A stretch of DNA of 64,000 nucleotides, taken from positions 1,961 to 65,960 of the forward strand of contig JALFOM010000084.1 of the NCBI GenBank assembly GCA_022782265.1, in the 5' to 3' direction. Made by a program: the position numbers and the translations under genes. The notes below the pieces were generated by a model. It was given only the letters and a program-made list of their open reading frames with translations. It did no database searches and was not told the DNA's origin. This DNA comes from Clostridiales bacterium (GTDB lineage Bacteria > Bacillota > Clostridia > Oscillospirales > Oscillospiraceae). Shown here one piece after another: positions 13,306 to 22,580 of the stretch. The stretch's first letter is position 1. Each line of letters opens with the position of its first letter.

Positions 13306-13388
13306 TTGTCAACGATCCCACCAGGGGCTACGGCATCAGCATCCAGGACATGCTGGAGACAGCGGAGATTGAGGACAAGGCGGCGTAA
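13290..13388 (+). pseudogene. spoIVB: 3' fragment of spoIVB (last 32 codons plus stop), separated from its 5' part by the element
   Basis: My translation is AVTHVFVNDPTRGYGISIQDMLETAEIEDKAA*. The first five codons duplicate 3807-3821. There is no start codon or RBS of its own. Confidence 0.85.
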
Positions 13389-13452
13389 AAAGCCTTTGCA
13401 GAAACAGAAAATTCTGTTATCATGTCAGCCACGGACGTGACCGTTTGTGATG

Positions 13453-13490
13453 AATGTGCAAGCCGATTTCGGTTTGCACATTTATCTTTT
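13453..13490 (+). terminator. terminator after the spoIVB 3' end
   Basis: aatgtgcaagccga-tt-tcggtttgcacatt (14-bp stem with one G-U pair) followed by tatctttt. A second hairpin, ggtgcaccgga...tccggtgcacc plus tttt, lies at 13513-13544. Confidence 0.6.
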
Positions 13491-13557
13491 GTGCTTTAGC
13501 GCCAATCAATATGGTGCACCGGAAAACATTCCGGTGCACCTTTTGCCGGGGGCCATT

Positions 13558-14124
13558 TTAAAGAGGAAGGAAAGGTTTCAAGGTTTCTTTGACTTTGTCG
13601 GCGTCGGGAAGGGCATACATCACAAATCTCTCGCACATGCCGGTATTGTCGTCCGTAATCGCGCCGCTGAGCATGGCAGCTCTCCGCTTCCAGGGCTTCG
13701 CCTTTATGGCGTACTCACCGCAGAGCAGAGAGGTATGTCCGTCCTCATCCCGGTCCAGCTTTGCCGCGCTGATGGCGGAATACTCAACCGACTTGGCACT
13801 GTCCGTCAGGATGAGCAGGCGCTTGTCTGTGATGGCGTAAAGCGCGCGCTTTCTGATCTTTGAAGCGTCAAGCAGTCCGCGCAGAATGATAAAGATGCCG
13901 CAGGCTGCCACAATGACCAGCACAGCGGGCTTCAGCGGTGCATTGTTTATGCCGGCAAGAATCACATAGGCCACGCAGACGGCAATGGTCACCAGGGCCG
14001 TGATGATCCCGCTTCGGATAAAGGGGCTTTTATGTGTCTTATCCAGAGGCTCAAAGGGCTCCGGGCGTCCGCTCCAAAGCAGTTTTTCCTCTTCTCTCAG
14101 CGATTCTTTCAACAGCTCTTCCAT
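13558..14124 (-). CDS. membrane-flanked bacterial PH domain (DUF304-like) protein
   Basis: 188 aa. The EKLLWSGRP motif is followed by two TM helices and then a PH-like C-terminal domain. Confidence 0.65.
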   Translation of the reverse strand: MEELLKESLREEEKLLWSGRPEPFEPLDKTHKSPFIRSGIITALVTIAVCVAYVILAGINNAPLKPAVLVIVAACGIFIILRGLLDASKIRKRALYAITDKRLLILTDSAKSVEYSAISAAKLDRDEDGHTSLLCGEYAIKAKPWKRRAAMLSGAITDDNTGMCERFVMYALPDADKVKETLKPFLPL

Positions 14125-14228
14125 AGCTACCTCCTTATGTCTCCCGGTTACCCGGGATCTGCCCTTATTGTAGCAGAGGGGCCGGTAAAGATGGGGTTAA
14201 GGAGGGATGAAGGGCTGTAAATGTTCCG

Positions 14229-14939
14229 CTAAGAGTCGCCCTCGATCATGCGGTAGCCTACGCCGACTTCCGTAAAGATGTATTGGGGCTCTGCCGGGTT
14301 TTTCTCGATCTTCCGGCGGATGTTGGCCATGTTCACCCGGAGGATCTGGTTGCTCCCCTTACTCTGAGGGCCCCACAGCTCTTTCATAATAAAATCATAG
14401 GTCAGCACCTTTCCGGCGCACTTGCCTAAAAGGGCCACAATACGAAACTCATTCTGGGTCAAATGGGCGTTTTCGCCCCGGATCAGCACCTGGTGCTTGT
14501 CATAGTCTATGGTCAGGTCCCCGGCGGTAAATTTGCCGGTGCTGGCAATGGCGCTGTTGGCAAGGCCGGTGCGGGTGTGGCGGATGGCCACCCTGATCCG
14601 GGCCAGCAGCTCCGCCGCGCCGAAGGGCTTGGTGATGTAATCGTCCGCCCCCTTCTCCAGGGCCTGCACCTTATCCCGCTCATAGCTTCTGGCCGAGACC
14701 ACCACGATGGGGATCTGTGTCCACTGGCGTACCGTTTCAATAATTTCCATGCCGTCCATATCCGGCAGGCCCAGATCCAGCACCACCAGATCCGGGCAGT
14801 GAGAGCTGATCATGGAAAAGGCCTCGCTGCCGGAATGGGCCACGATCACGTCAAAGCCGTTTGCCGTGAGGATCGCCCGGATAAAGCCGGAAATACTTTT
14901 TTCGTCCTCGACCACGAGAACCTTATCCTTTATGGTCAT
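14229..14939 (-). CDS. kdpE: OmpR-family response regulator, KdpE-like
   Basis: Start at MTIKDKVLVVEDE (14939). The track ORF is extended upstream through the kinase gene. Receiver D-box is DLVVLDLGLPDMDG. The wHTH LTQNEFRIVALLGKCAGKVLTYDFIMKELWGP...TEVGVGYRM is close to E. coli KdpE as I recall it. Confidence 0.8.
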   Translation of the reverse strand: MTIKDKVLVVEDEKSISGFIRAILTANGFDVIVAHSGSEAFSMISSHCPDLVVLDLGLPDMDGMEIIETVRQWTQIPIVVVSARSYERDKVQALEKGADDYITKPFGAAELLARIRVAIRHTRTGLANSAIASTGKFTAGDLTIDYDKHQVLIRGENAHLTQNEFRIVALLGKCAGKVLTYDFIMKELWGPQSKGSNQILRVNMANIRRKIEKNPAEPQYIFTEVGVGYRMIEGDS

Positions 14940-14943
14940 TGCT

Positions 14944-16014
14944 TTACCTCCTGAGCGTAAATGTAAAGCCTGCTCCGCCGCCGGGCAGATTGCAGGCGCT
15001 GATCTGGCCGCCGTGGGCTTCCACGATGGTGCGGCAGAGCAGCAGGCCGATGCCCATGCTGCGGCTGTTGTCCGCCGTCTCCCTGCTGCGAAGCTGAAGG
15101 CTTCCGTCAAACAGGTGCTTCATCACCGCCGGTTCTATCCCCTTACCGTTGTCAGACACGGTTATTGTGGCATATTCGCTGCCCGCAGAGGCGTTTATCC
15201 GGATTTTGCTGGTGGTCTTTCCGTGGAATACGGCGTTATCCAGCAGGTTCAATACCACCTGCTCGATAAGCATGGCGTCCATAGGGACAAAAAGCGGCAT
15301 ATCCGGCACGGTGACGGAGACCTCAATGTCCGGGTTCTTTTTGCGGAAGTTCAGAACCACCTCGCTGAGCACCTCCTCCAGCGCCTCGACCTCCTTCTGT
15401 ATCCCCCGAACATCATCGCCGCTGATGCGGGTGATGGACAGCAGATTTTCCACCATGCGGCACAGCCAGTCTGCATCCTTTTTCGCGTCCTGCAAAAGCT
15501 CTGTGCACTGGGCCCCGTCAAGACTGCCGCCGCTTTCCAGCACCGCGCTGATGGAGCCACTGATGGAGGTGAGGGGCGTGCGAAGATCGTGGGAGATGGC
15601 CCGGAGCAGGTTTGCCCGCATCTTCTCCTTTTCCGACTCCAGCCGGATGCGTTCCTGCTCCTTGACCCTTGAGGTCAGGGTGGAGACGGCAAAGCCCACA
15701 GCCAGCATGGTCATGAAGGTGAGGGGGTAGCCGTAGATGGAAAAATCCAGCTTAAAATAGGGGTAGGTAAAGGCCCAGTTCACACCCAAAACGCTGACAA
15801 GGGCGGCAAGGGTGCCGTAAAAATAGCCGTCGGTGAGCAGGGAGACGATCAGCACCGCCAGCACAAAGATCATCGGCACATGCACGTCTGAGTCGCTGAC
15901 GCCTTTCAGGGTCTGACAGACGACAGAGGTCAGCCCCATGGTAACGAAAAACACCAGCCAGTCCTTCAGGCACAGGGGGAAAAATTTTTTCAGTTGTTTT
16001 TTCAGCTTCTTCAT
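14944..16014 (-). CDS. KdpD-type sensor histidine kinase, short form (membrane domain plus HisKA/HATPase, no N-terminal KdpD/Usp sensor)
   Basis: 356 aa. Four TM helices, then the H-box LLRAISHDLRTPLTSISG and the N/G boxes NLLDNAVFHG, DNGKGI and GIGLLLC. Confidence 0.8.
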   Translation of the reverse strand: MKKLKKQLKKFFPLCLKDWLVFFVTMGLTSVVCQTLKGVSDSDVHVPMIFVLAVLIVSLLTDGYFYGTLAALVSVLGVNWAFTYPYFKLDFSIYGYPLTFMTMLAVGFAVSTLTSRVKEQERIRLESEKEKMRANLLRAISHDLRTPLTSISGSISAVLESGGSLDGAQCTELLQDAKKDADWLCRMVENLLSITRISGDDVRGIQKEVEALEEVLSEVVLNFRKKNPDIEVSVTVPDMPLFVPMDAMLIEQVVLNLLDNAVFHGKTTSKIRINASAGSEYATITVSDNGKGIEPAVMKHLFDGSLQLRSRETADNSRSMGIGLLLCRTIVEAHGGQISACNLPGGGAGFTFTLRR

Positions 16015-16098
16015 GGTTTTGATTATAGCATAGTAAGCCGTTAAGCCGCCGCTAAGAAATTAACAGCGCACGAAGCTTTCCTTCGTGCGCTGTCTGTA

Positions 16099-17595
16099 TC
16101 AGTCCTTATCTTTGGCGTGGTACTCCTTCATGATCGAATCGAAATCGTCAAGGCCGACAAACTGGCCCTCGAGCTCGGCTGCATTGATCCGCTGCGTGGG
16201 CTCCTTTACGGTGGGCTTATCGTCCCGGCGGTACATCTGCTCCCGCTCCTGGCGGCGGCGCTGCTCGGCCCGCTTCTTCTCCTTCAGGTGCTTCCGGCGC
16301 AGGCTGCGGTAGCGTATCACCAGGGCAATATAGCCGATGAGCAAAATCGCCACCACGATAATAAGGGCCTTCACCCAGCCCTTGTGGAAGATCTCACCCA
16401 GCTGCTGCTTCAGAAATTCCGTCTTGGACATCTCGATCTTGGTGTTGGTCACCAGGTCTATGGTTCCGTAGTTCACGCCGTCAATAATGATGCTGGCCTG
16501 GCCCAGAACCGTGCCCGCCTCAATGGGCGCCACCAGTCTGTCCTCGTACACCGTACATTCAAGCTGACGGCCGGTCTCGTCCACATCGTTGGGCAGAAGC
16601 AGGGACACGTTCCCCGCGGCCCGGAGGTTGGCGCTTCCGTCCCCCTCCGCAAGCTGGACGGTAACTTTCACCAAGGGGTCGGCCGCAGAGACCACCTCCC
16701 GGTAGGAGAAGTTGTCAAACACCCAGTTATACAGCTTGACGGAGTCGGCAAAGTTGTCATAGGTACTGGCACCGGTATTCAGCACTCCTCCGCCGCCCAA
16801 AACGATCGCCAGCACCCTGACGCCGTCCTTTTCCGCGGTGGACACCAGGCAATACCCGGCCGCCTGGGTAAAACCGGTTTTCACGCCGGCCGCGTATTCA
16901 TAGACATAGCCGGAGCCGTAGGTGCCGTTGGCCGTGAGCAGAGCGTTTGAGCTGTAATAGCTGCGGGCCGGGTTTACATTGGTGGCCGGGATCTCAACAT
17001 ACTCCGTGTTGCAGATATTCATAAACTGCTCATGCTTTATGGCCTCTTTTGTAATAAGATAAAGATCATAGGCGGAGGTCTTGTTGGAAGAGGACAGGCC
17101 GTTGGGGTCGGCAAAGCTGGTGCTGGTGCAGCCCAGCGCCGCGGCTCTCTCGTTCATCATCGCTACAAAAGCGTCGATACTGCCAGCCACACGGACGGCA
17201 ATGACATTGCAGGCGTCGTTTGCCGAGTGGATCAGGGCACATTTGATGTAGTCGCCGAAGCTCATCTCCTCGCCGGAGACAATGCTGGCGTTGCTGCTGG
17301 AGCTGTCCATGCCCTGCTGGCAGTCCGCCGGGGCGGTGACCATCTCATCCATGCTGCACTGGCCGCTCTCCACCGCCTCAATGGCCAGAAGGCCGGTCAT
17401 AATCTTGGTCAGACTGGCGGGAGAACGCTGCTCATCCATATTTTTGGAATAAATGATTCTGCCGCTGTCCAGATCGGCAAGCACCGCCGCCTGTACCGCC
17501 AGACCCGGCTCATCCAGCGCCAGCGCGGCAGGGGCCCAGGCGGAGAGTGCCAGGCAGAATATCAAAATCAGAGGGAAAAGTTTAAATTTTTTCAT
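16099..17595 (-). CDS. D-alanyl-D-alanine carboxypeptidase (S11, PBP5-like) with C-terminal TM and charged tail
   Basis: Start at MKKFKLFPLILIF (17595) with a signal peptide. SxxK motif in PASLTKIMT, SxN in HSAND, KTG in VKTGFT. Confidence 0.85.
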   Translation of the reverse strand: MKKFKLFPLILIFCLALSAWAPAALALDEPGLAVQAAVLADLDSGRIIYSKNMDEQRSPASLTKIMTGLLAIEAVESGQCSMDEMVTAPADCQQGMDSSSSNASIVSGEEMSFGDYIKCALIHSANDACNVIAVRVAGSIDAFVAMMNERAAALGCTSTSFADPNGLSSSNKTSAYDLYLITKEAIKHEQFMNICNTEYVEIPATNVNPARSYYSSNALLTANGTYGSGYVYEYAAGVKTGFTQAAGYCLVSTAEKDGVRVLAIVLGGGGVLNTGASTYDNFADSVKLYNWVFDNFSYREVVSAADPLVKVTVQLAEGDGSANLRAAGNVSLLLPNDVDETGRQLECTVYEDRLVAPIEAGTVLGQASIIIDGVNYGTIDLVTNTKIEMSKTEFLKQQLGEIFHKGWVKALIIVVAILLIGYIALVIRYRSLRRKHLKEKKRAEQRRRQEREQMYRRDDKPTVKEPTQRINAAELEGQFVGLDDFDSIMKEYHAKDKD

Positions 17596-17738
17596 TTTGT
17601 TCTCCCGTTTTTCCCGGAATGTGTTATAGTATATATTCAGGGTAATATCCAAATAAAAGTCTGTGGGCAATATTATACGGTTTGCGGCGCGGAAATGCAA
17701 CACCAAATCACACCAGAATTATCCGGGAGGGACAAGTC

Positions 17739-18122
17739 GTGAACAGGAAATGGGCGCTGATTCTCAGTCTGTCGGCTGTGCTTGTCTTTTCCGCCGCTGT
17801 CTTGCTGCTGCGCTTTCCCTGGCGTATTGGGAAGCCTGTGGAGATCTCCGCAAAGGCGGTCTCCGAAGAGGCCTTGCTCACCGGCGGCGACGGGGAGCAG
17901 ACCGCGCTGGAGCTGCTGCCCGACGAAAGGCTGGACATCAACACTGCCACGGCGGAGGAATTGACGAAGCTGCCGGGGATCGGTCAGGCCCTTTCCCAGG
18001 CCATTGTTGAATATCGGGAGGAAAACGGCAATTTTTCCACCATTGAGGATATAATGAAGGTATCCGGCATCGGCGAAGGCCGCTTTGCCGCCATTGAGGA
18101 ATACATTTACGTTGAGGGATAA
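17739..18122 (+). CDS. comEA: ComEA-family helix-hairpin-helix DNA-binding protein
   Basis: GTG at 17739 after GGGAGG. An N-terminal TM is followed by the tandem HhH segment INTATAEELTKLPGIGQALSQAIVEYREENGNFSTIEDIMKVSGIG. Confidence 0.8.
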   Translation: MNRKWALILSLSAVLVFSAAVLLLRFPWRIGKPVEISAKAVSEEALLTGGDGEQTALELLPDERLDINTATAEELTKLPGIGQALSQAIVEYREENGNFSTIEDIMKVSGIGEGRFAAIEEYIYVEG

Positions 18123-18125
18123 TGC

Positions 18126-18812
18126 ATGAAAATACTGGTCGTTGACGACGAGCGTCTGCTGGTCAAAGGCATAAAATTCAATCTGGAGAACGAGGGCTAT
18201 ACCGTGGACGCGGGCTACGACGGCGAGGACGCCGTGAATATGGCCCGCACCGGGGAATATGATCTGATCATCCTGGACCTGATGATGCCCAAGAAGGACG
18301 GGCTGCAGGCCTGCCAGGAGATCCGGAGCTTTTCCACCGTGCCCATCATCATGCTCACCGCCCGCAGTGAGGGGGCCGATCTGCTCATGGGCTTCGAGTC
18401 CGGGGCGGACGACTATGTGACAAAGCCCTTCAACATTCTGGAGCTGAAGGCCCGTGTCCGTGCGCTGCTGCGCCGGGCAAGCATAGCCGCGCCTCAGGAA
18501 AGCTCCTCCGTGCTGAAGCGGGGACACATCACCATTGACCCGGAGCGGCGCAGCGCGGAGAAAGACGGCGTCCCCGTGGAGCTTACGCTGAAGGAGTTCG
18601 ATCTCATCGAATTTTTGATGAGAAGCCCCGGCCGGGTGTACAGCCGGGAGAGTCTGCTGGACCTGGTCTGGGGCTATGATTACCAGGGCGACACCCGGAC
18701 AGTGGACGTACATGTGCGCCGGCTCCGGGAAAAGCTGGAGCTGGACCCGGCCCATCCGGAGTACATCATCACCAAGTGGGGTGTGGGCTACTTCTTTGCG
18801 GACAGGAGCTGA
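18126..18812 (+). CDS. OmpR-family response regulator
   Basis: 228 aa. Receiver LIILDLMMPKKDG plus the wHTH LTLKEFDLIEFLMRSPGRVYSRESLLDLVWG...TKWGVGYFF. Confidence 0.9.
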   Translation: MKILVVDDERLLVKGIKFNLENEGYTVDAGYDGEDAVNMARTGEYDLIILDLMMPKKDGLQACQEIRSFSTVPIIMLTARSEGADLLMGFESGADDYVTKPFNILELKARVRALLRRASIAAPQESSSVLKRGHITIDPERRSAEKDGVPVELTLKEFDLIEFLMRSPGRVYSRESLLDLVWGYDYQGDTRTVDVHVRRLREKLELDPAHPEYIITKWGVGYFFADRS

Positions 18813-18815
18813 ATA

Positions 18816-20213
18816 ATGCACAGTATCCGAGTTCAGTTTTTGGCCTTTATTGCCGCCATCATGCTGGTGCTGCTGATCCTGCTGAACGTTCTCCCCATCG
18901 CCTCCTCCCGGGACCTGGTATTTGAGGAGAAGAAGGACTCCCTGTCCAGCCAGGCGGCGGTCATCGCCTCCTCCCTGTCCGGCCTGGAGCGGCTGAGTCA
19001 GGAGAGCATCACCGAGGTATTGCGGATCCTGGATATCAGCGGATTTTCCCGCTTGGTGGTGACCGACGCGGAGGGCGTCGTCCTGTATGACGACGGCGGA
19101 CGCACCGGCGTGATCACAGAGCTGGAGGATATCGTTACCGCCCTGTCGGGCAAAACGGTGTTTCGCTCTCTCTTTGCCGACAGCGCCTTTTCCAGCGCCT
19201 ATGCCATGCCGGTGAGCAGCCAGGGCAGCACCAAGGGCGCCGTATATCTCACCGAGTATGACACGGAGCGGGCCAGGATCATTCTGGACATTCAGAGTGA
19301 GATACGGGTCATGTCCGTGACCATCGTGCTGATCGTGCTGGTCGTGGCCGGAATCATTTTCAATCTCCTGCTCCGCCGTATGCAGGAGCTGGTGCGCTCC
19401 ATGCGCATTGTGGCCGGCGGGGATTACAGCCACCGCCTTGCCGTGCGCGGGCAGGACGAGCTGGCGGAGCTGGGAAACGAATTCAATCTTCTGACCCAGC
19501 GGCTGGACGAGACCGAGCGGCAGCGCCGCCGTTTCGTGTCCGACGCCTCCCACGAGCTGAAAACTCCTCTGGCCTCCATCCGCCTGCTGGCGGACAGCAT
19601 TGTGCAGAGCGAAAATATCGACATGGAGACCGCCCGCGAATTTGTCACCGATATCGGCAACGAGGCGGAACGGCTTCAGCGCACCACGGAAAAGCTGCTG
19701 GACCTGTCAAGGCTTGACGACGGGGTGCAGGTCCTGCCGGAGCCGGTGGATGTAAAGCAGGTGTCGCTGGACGCGCTGGTAATGCTGCGGCCCCTGGCAG
19801 AGGAAAAGCAGGTGAAGCTCCGCAGTGAGCTGGCAGAGGGCTGTGTGGTGATGGCCAACACCGACGACATGTTCCACATCATCTTCAACCTGACGGAAAA
19901 CGCCGTCAAATACAACGTGCCGGGAGGCAGCGTCCGCCTGATTCTGAAGGGGGACGAGGAGCACATCTATCTCACCGTGGAGGACACGGGAATAGGCATC
20001 CCGGAAGAGGACAGACTGAATATATTCTCCAGGTTCTACCGCGTGGACAAGGCCCGTTCACGGGAGGCCGGCGGCAGCGGCCTTGGATTGAGTATAGTAC
20101 ACGACGCGGTGCTCGCCCATGGGGGCACCATCGCCGTGGGGCAAAATAAACCGCAGGGCTCACGATTTATCGTCAGCTTCCCGCGGCCAACATCGGAGGA
20201 AACAGGAATATGA
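18816..20213 (+). CDS. sensor histidine kinase (TM-sensor-TM-HAMP-HisKA-HATPase)
   Basis: 465 aa. H-box FVSDASHELKTPL and G-boxes EDTGIGIP and GGSGLGLSIV. Confidence 0.9.
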   Translation: MHSIRVQFLAFIAAIMLVLLILLNVLPIASSRDLVFEEKKDSLSSQAAVIASSLSGLERLSQESITEVLRILDISGFSRLVVTDAEGVVLYDDGGRTGVITELEDIVTALSGKTVFRSLFADSAFSSAYAMPVSSQGSTKGAVYLTEYDTERARIILDIQSEIRVMSVTIVLIVLVVAGIIFNLLLRRMQELVRSMRIVAGGDYSHRLAVRGQDELAELGNEFNLLTQRLDETERQRRRFVSDASHELKTPLASIRLLADSIVQSENIDMETAREFVTDIGNEAERLQRTTEKLLDLSRLDDGVQVLPEPVDVKQVSLDALVMLRPLAEEKQVKLRSELAEGCVVMANTDDMFHIIFNLTENAVKYNVPGGSVRLILKGDEEHIYLTVEDTGIGIPEEDRLNIFSRFYRVDKARSREAGGSGLGLSIVHDAVLAHGGTIAVGQNKPQGSRFIVSFPRPTSEETGI

Positions 20214-21283
20214 ACAGTATTGCAAAAATTCAGGAAAAACTGCGTGAAAAGGAGCTTGACGCCATCCTGATCACCGACGAAAAGAACCAGCGCTACGCCG
20301 CCGGCTTCCCCTTTACCGACGGCTATGTGCTTGTCAGCCGTGAAAAGGCCTGGCTGCTCACCGATTCGCGCTACATAGAGGCGGCGGAAAGCACCGTGGA
20401 CAGCTGCGTCACCGTGCAGATGTTCGACCGGCAGCACAACCGGCTCTCCCTTCTCACCGCCGCTTTGAAGGAGGCAAAGGTCTCCCGTCTGGGTGCGGAG
20501 GAGCAGAAGCTGAACCACGGCGAATATCTGGAGCTGGAAAAGGCGCTGGGCATGTCTCTTCTGCCGGCGCAGGAGATTCTCTCCGGTCTGCGCGCCGCAA
20601 AGTGCGACGAGGAGATTGAGTATATGCGCCAGGCCCAGCGCATCAGCGAGCTGGCCCTTGAGGAGACCCTGCAGGTTATCAAGCCCGGCATGACCGAGCG
20701 GGAAGTGGCCGCGGAGCTGGTCTACCGTATGCTCCGCCACGGCAGCGAGGGCAACTCCTTTGACCCCATTGTGGTCACTGGCACCAAGACCAGCCTGCCC
20801 CACGGCGTGCCCGGGGACAAGGTGATCCGGGAGGGCGACCTCCTGACCATGGACTTCGGCTGCCTGAAAAACGGCTATTGCTCCGACATGACCCGCACCG
20901 TGGCCGTGGGACAGGCCACTGACGAGATGAAGAACATCTACGCCATTGTCCTGAAGGCTCAGCTTGCCGGTATCGCCGCCGCCCGTGCGGGCATCCCCGG
21001 CAAGGAGATCGACGGCGCGGCCCGCAAGGTGATCGTTGCCGCAGGCTTCGGCCAGTATTTCGGCCACGGCTTCGGCCACAGTCTGGGTCTGGACATCCAC
21101 GAGGCCCCCAGCGCCAACCCCAGCGGCGAGGCCCTCATGCCTGTGGGCGCGGTGGTCAGCGCGGAGCCGGGGATCTACCTGCCCGGAAAGTTCGGCGTGC
21201 GCATTGAAGATGTGATGGTATTGAACGAGACCGGCTGCGAAGTCATCACCAAGGCCCCCAAGGAGCAGCTGATTATCCTGTGA
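20210..21283 (+). CDS. M24-family Xaa-Pro aminopeptidase
   Basis: 357 aa. Creatinase-like N-domain followed by the metal ligands DFGCLKNGYCSDMTRT and GHGFGHSLGLDIHE. Confidence 0.85.
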   Translation: MNSIAKIQEKLREKELDAILITDEKNQRYAAGFPFTDGYVLVSREKAWLLTDSRYIEAAESTVDSCVTVQMFDRQHNRLSLLTAALKEAKVSRLGAEEQKLNHGEYLELEKALGMSLLPAQEILSGLRAAKCDEEIEYMRQAQRISELALEETLQVIKPGMTEREVAAELVYRMLRHGSEGNSFDPIVVTGTKTSLPHGVPGDKVIREGDLLTMDFGCLKNGYCSDMTRTVAVGQATDEMKNIYAIVLKAQLAGIAAARAGIPGKEIDGAARKVIVAAGFGQYFGHGFGHSLGLDIHEAPSANPSGEALMPVGAVVSAEPGIYLPGKFGVRIEDVMVLNETGCEVITKAPKEQLIIL

Positions 21284-21387
21284 AATCCCCGTTTTTCCGA
21301 AAAGGGTCTTGCAAAAAACGCGGTTATACTGTAGAATGTCTAAGTTAATACTATTATTTAATAATTTATTTTCGGGAGGTCCCATTT

Positions 21388-21945
21388 ATGATTACAGCAG
21401 GCGATTTCAGAAACGGCGTCACTTTTGAGATGGACGGCCAGGTCATGCAGGTCATCGAGTTCCAGCATGTCAAGCCCGGCAAGGGCGCGGCTTTCGTCCG
21501 TACCAAGATGAAGAACGTCATCACCGGCGCAGTCACAGAAACTTCTTTCAACCCCACCGCAAAGTTCGAGAATGCTACCGTTGACCGCATCACCATGGAA
21601 TACAGCTACAATGACGGCAACCTGTACTACTTCATGAACCCCGAGACCTATGAGCTGGAGCCTGTTGACGAGGCCGTCCTGGGCGACAACTTCAAGTTCG
21701 TCAAGGAGAACATGGAGTGCACCATCTACTCCTACAAGGGCAAGGTATTCAACGTGGAGCCTCCCTTCTTTGTGGAACTGGAAGTAACCCAGACCGACCC
21801 CGGCTTTGCCGGCAACACCGCCACCAACGCCACCAAGCCCGCCACTCTGGAGACCGGCGCTGAGATCAAGGTCCCCCTGTTCATCGAGCCCGGCGAGAAG
21901 GTCAAGATCGACACCCGCACCGGCGAGTATCTGAGCAGAGCATAA
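21388..21945 (+). CDS. efp: elongation factor P
   Basis: 185 aa. [43 protein letters not shown] is canonical EF-P. Confidence 0.95.
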   Translation: MITAGDFRNGVTFEMDGQVMQVIEFQHVKPGKGAAFVRTKMKNVITGAVTETSFNPTAKFENATVDRITMEYSYNDGNLYYFMNPETYELEPVDEAVLGDNFKFVKENMECTIYSYKGKVFNVEPPFFVELEVTQTDPGFAGNTATNATKPATLETGAEIKVPLFIEPGEKVKIDTRTGEYLSRA

Positions 21946-21958
21946 TCTTGGAACAATG

Positions 21959-21988
21959 GGGGAGATGTACTGCGTCTCCCCTGTTTTT
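21959..21988 (+). terminator. terminator after efp
   Basis: ggggaga ... tctcccc followed by tgttttt. Confidence 0.6.
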
Positions 21989-22047
21989 ATCAGACGCACT
22001 GTTCACTGAAACACATCAGACGTCACCGTCATAAAGGAGGTTTTTCT

Positions 22048-22521
22048 ATGACGATTGTTGAAAAGGCAGCATACCTGAAGGGACTGACCGAGGGACTGGG
22101 CATCAGCCCCGACTCCAAGGAGGGAAAGCTGTGGGGCGCGCTGAACGAGCTTCTGTCCGACATGGCCCATGAGATAGAAGACCTTCAGGCCAGCAACCTG
22201 GACTTTGCCGAGGCGCTGGACGACATCAGCGAGGACCTGACTTATCTTGAGGAGCTTACCTGCGATCTGGACATGCCCGAGGACATGATGGACGGGGAAG
22301 ACTGCAGCGGAGACTGCTCCTCCTGCCTGCTGGACTGCGGCGCAGAGGATGAGGACGAGGACGACGAAGAGCTGAGCTATGACGGCGTGATGTACGAGGT
22401 CACCTGCCCGGTATGCGGCGAGGAGATCGCCTTTGACGAGGATACGCTGGCCGAAGGCTCCACCACCTGCCCCGGCTGCGGCGAGACCCTGGAGTTCGAT
22501 CTGGACAGCGAGGACGAGTGA
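22048..22521 (+). CDS. acidic zinc-ribbon protein (CD1247 N-terminal domain family, from memory)
   Basis: 157 aa. The N-terminus EKAAYLKGLTEGLGI is followed by a very acidic middle and a C-terminal CPVCG...CPGCG. Confidence 0.55.
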   Translation: MTIVEKAAYLKGLTEGLGISPDSKEGKLWGALNELLSDMAHEIEDLQASNLDFAEALDDISEDLTYLEELTCDLDMPEDMMDGEDCSGDCSSCLLDCGAEDEDEDDEELSYDGVMYEVTCPVCGEEIAFDEDTLAEGSTTCPGCGETLEFDLDSEDE

Positions 22522-22580
22522 CATAATTGATAGAACAAAGAGCGTCTGTGCGGATTTTTCGCATGGACGCTCTTCCGCTA

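Noticed and set aside
14944-16014. KdpD-like kinase as a truncated pseudogene
   Set aside because: The ORF has its own start, an intact membrane domain and a complete kinase core, and it is translationally coupled to kdpE. Short KdpD forms lacking the N-terminal sensor are a normal variant.
17673-19553. 626-aa minus-strand ORF. Similar long antisense ORFs lie at 20036-21385, 27191-28873, 44515-46230, 48080-49372 and 50781-51848, and on the plus strand at 32504-33910, 35385-36629 and 38994-40316.
   Set aside because: All lie opposite well-supported genes (comEA/RR/HK, pepP, rarA, serS/mscL, dnaN, gyrB, trkH, trkA, asnS). None has a recognisable domain or a plausible RBS.
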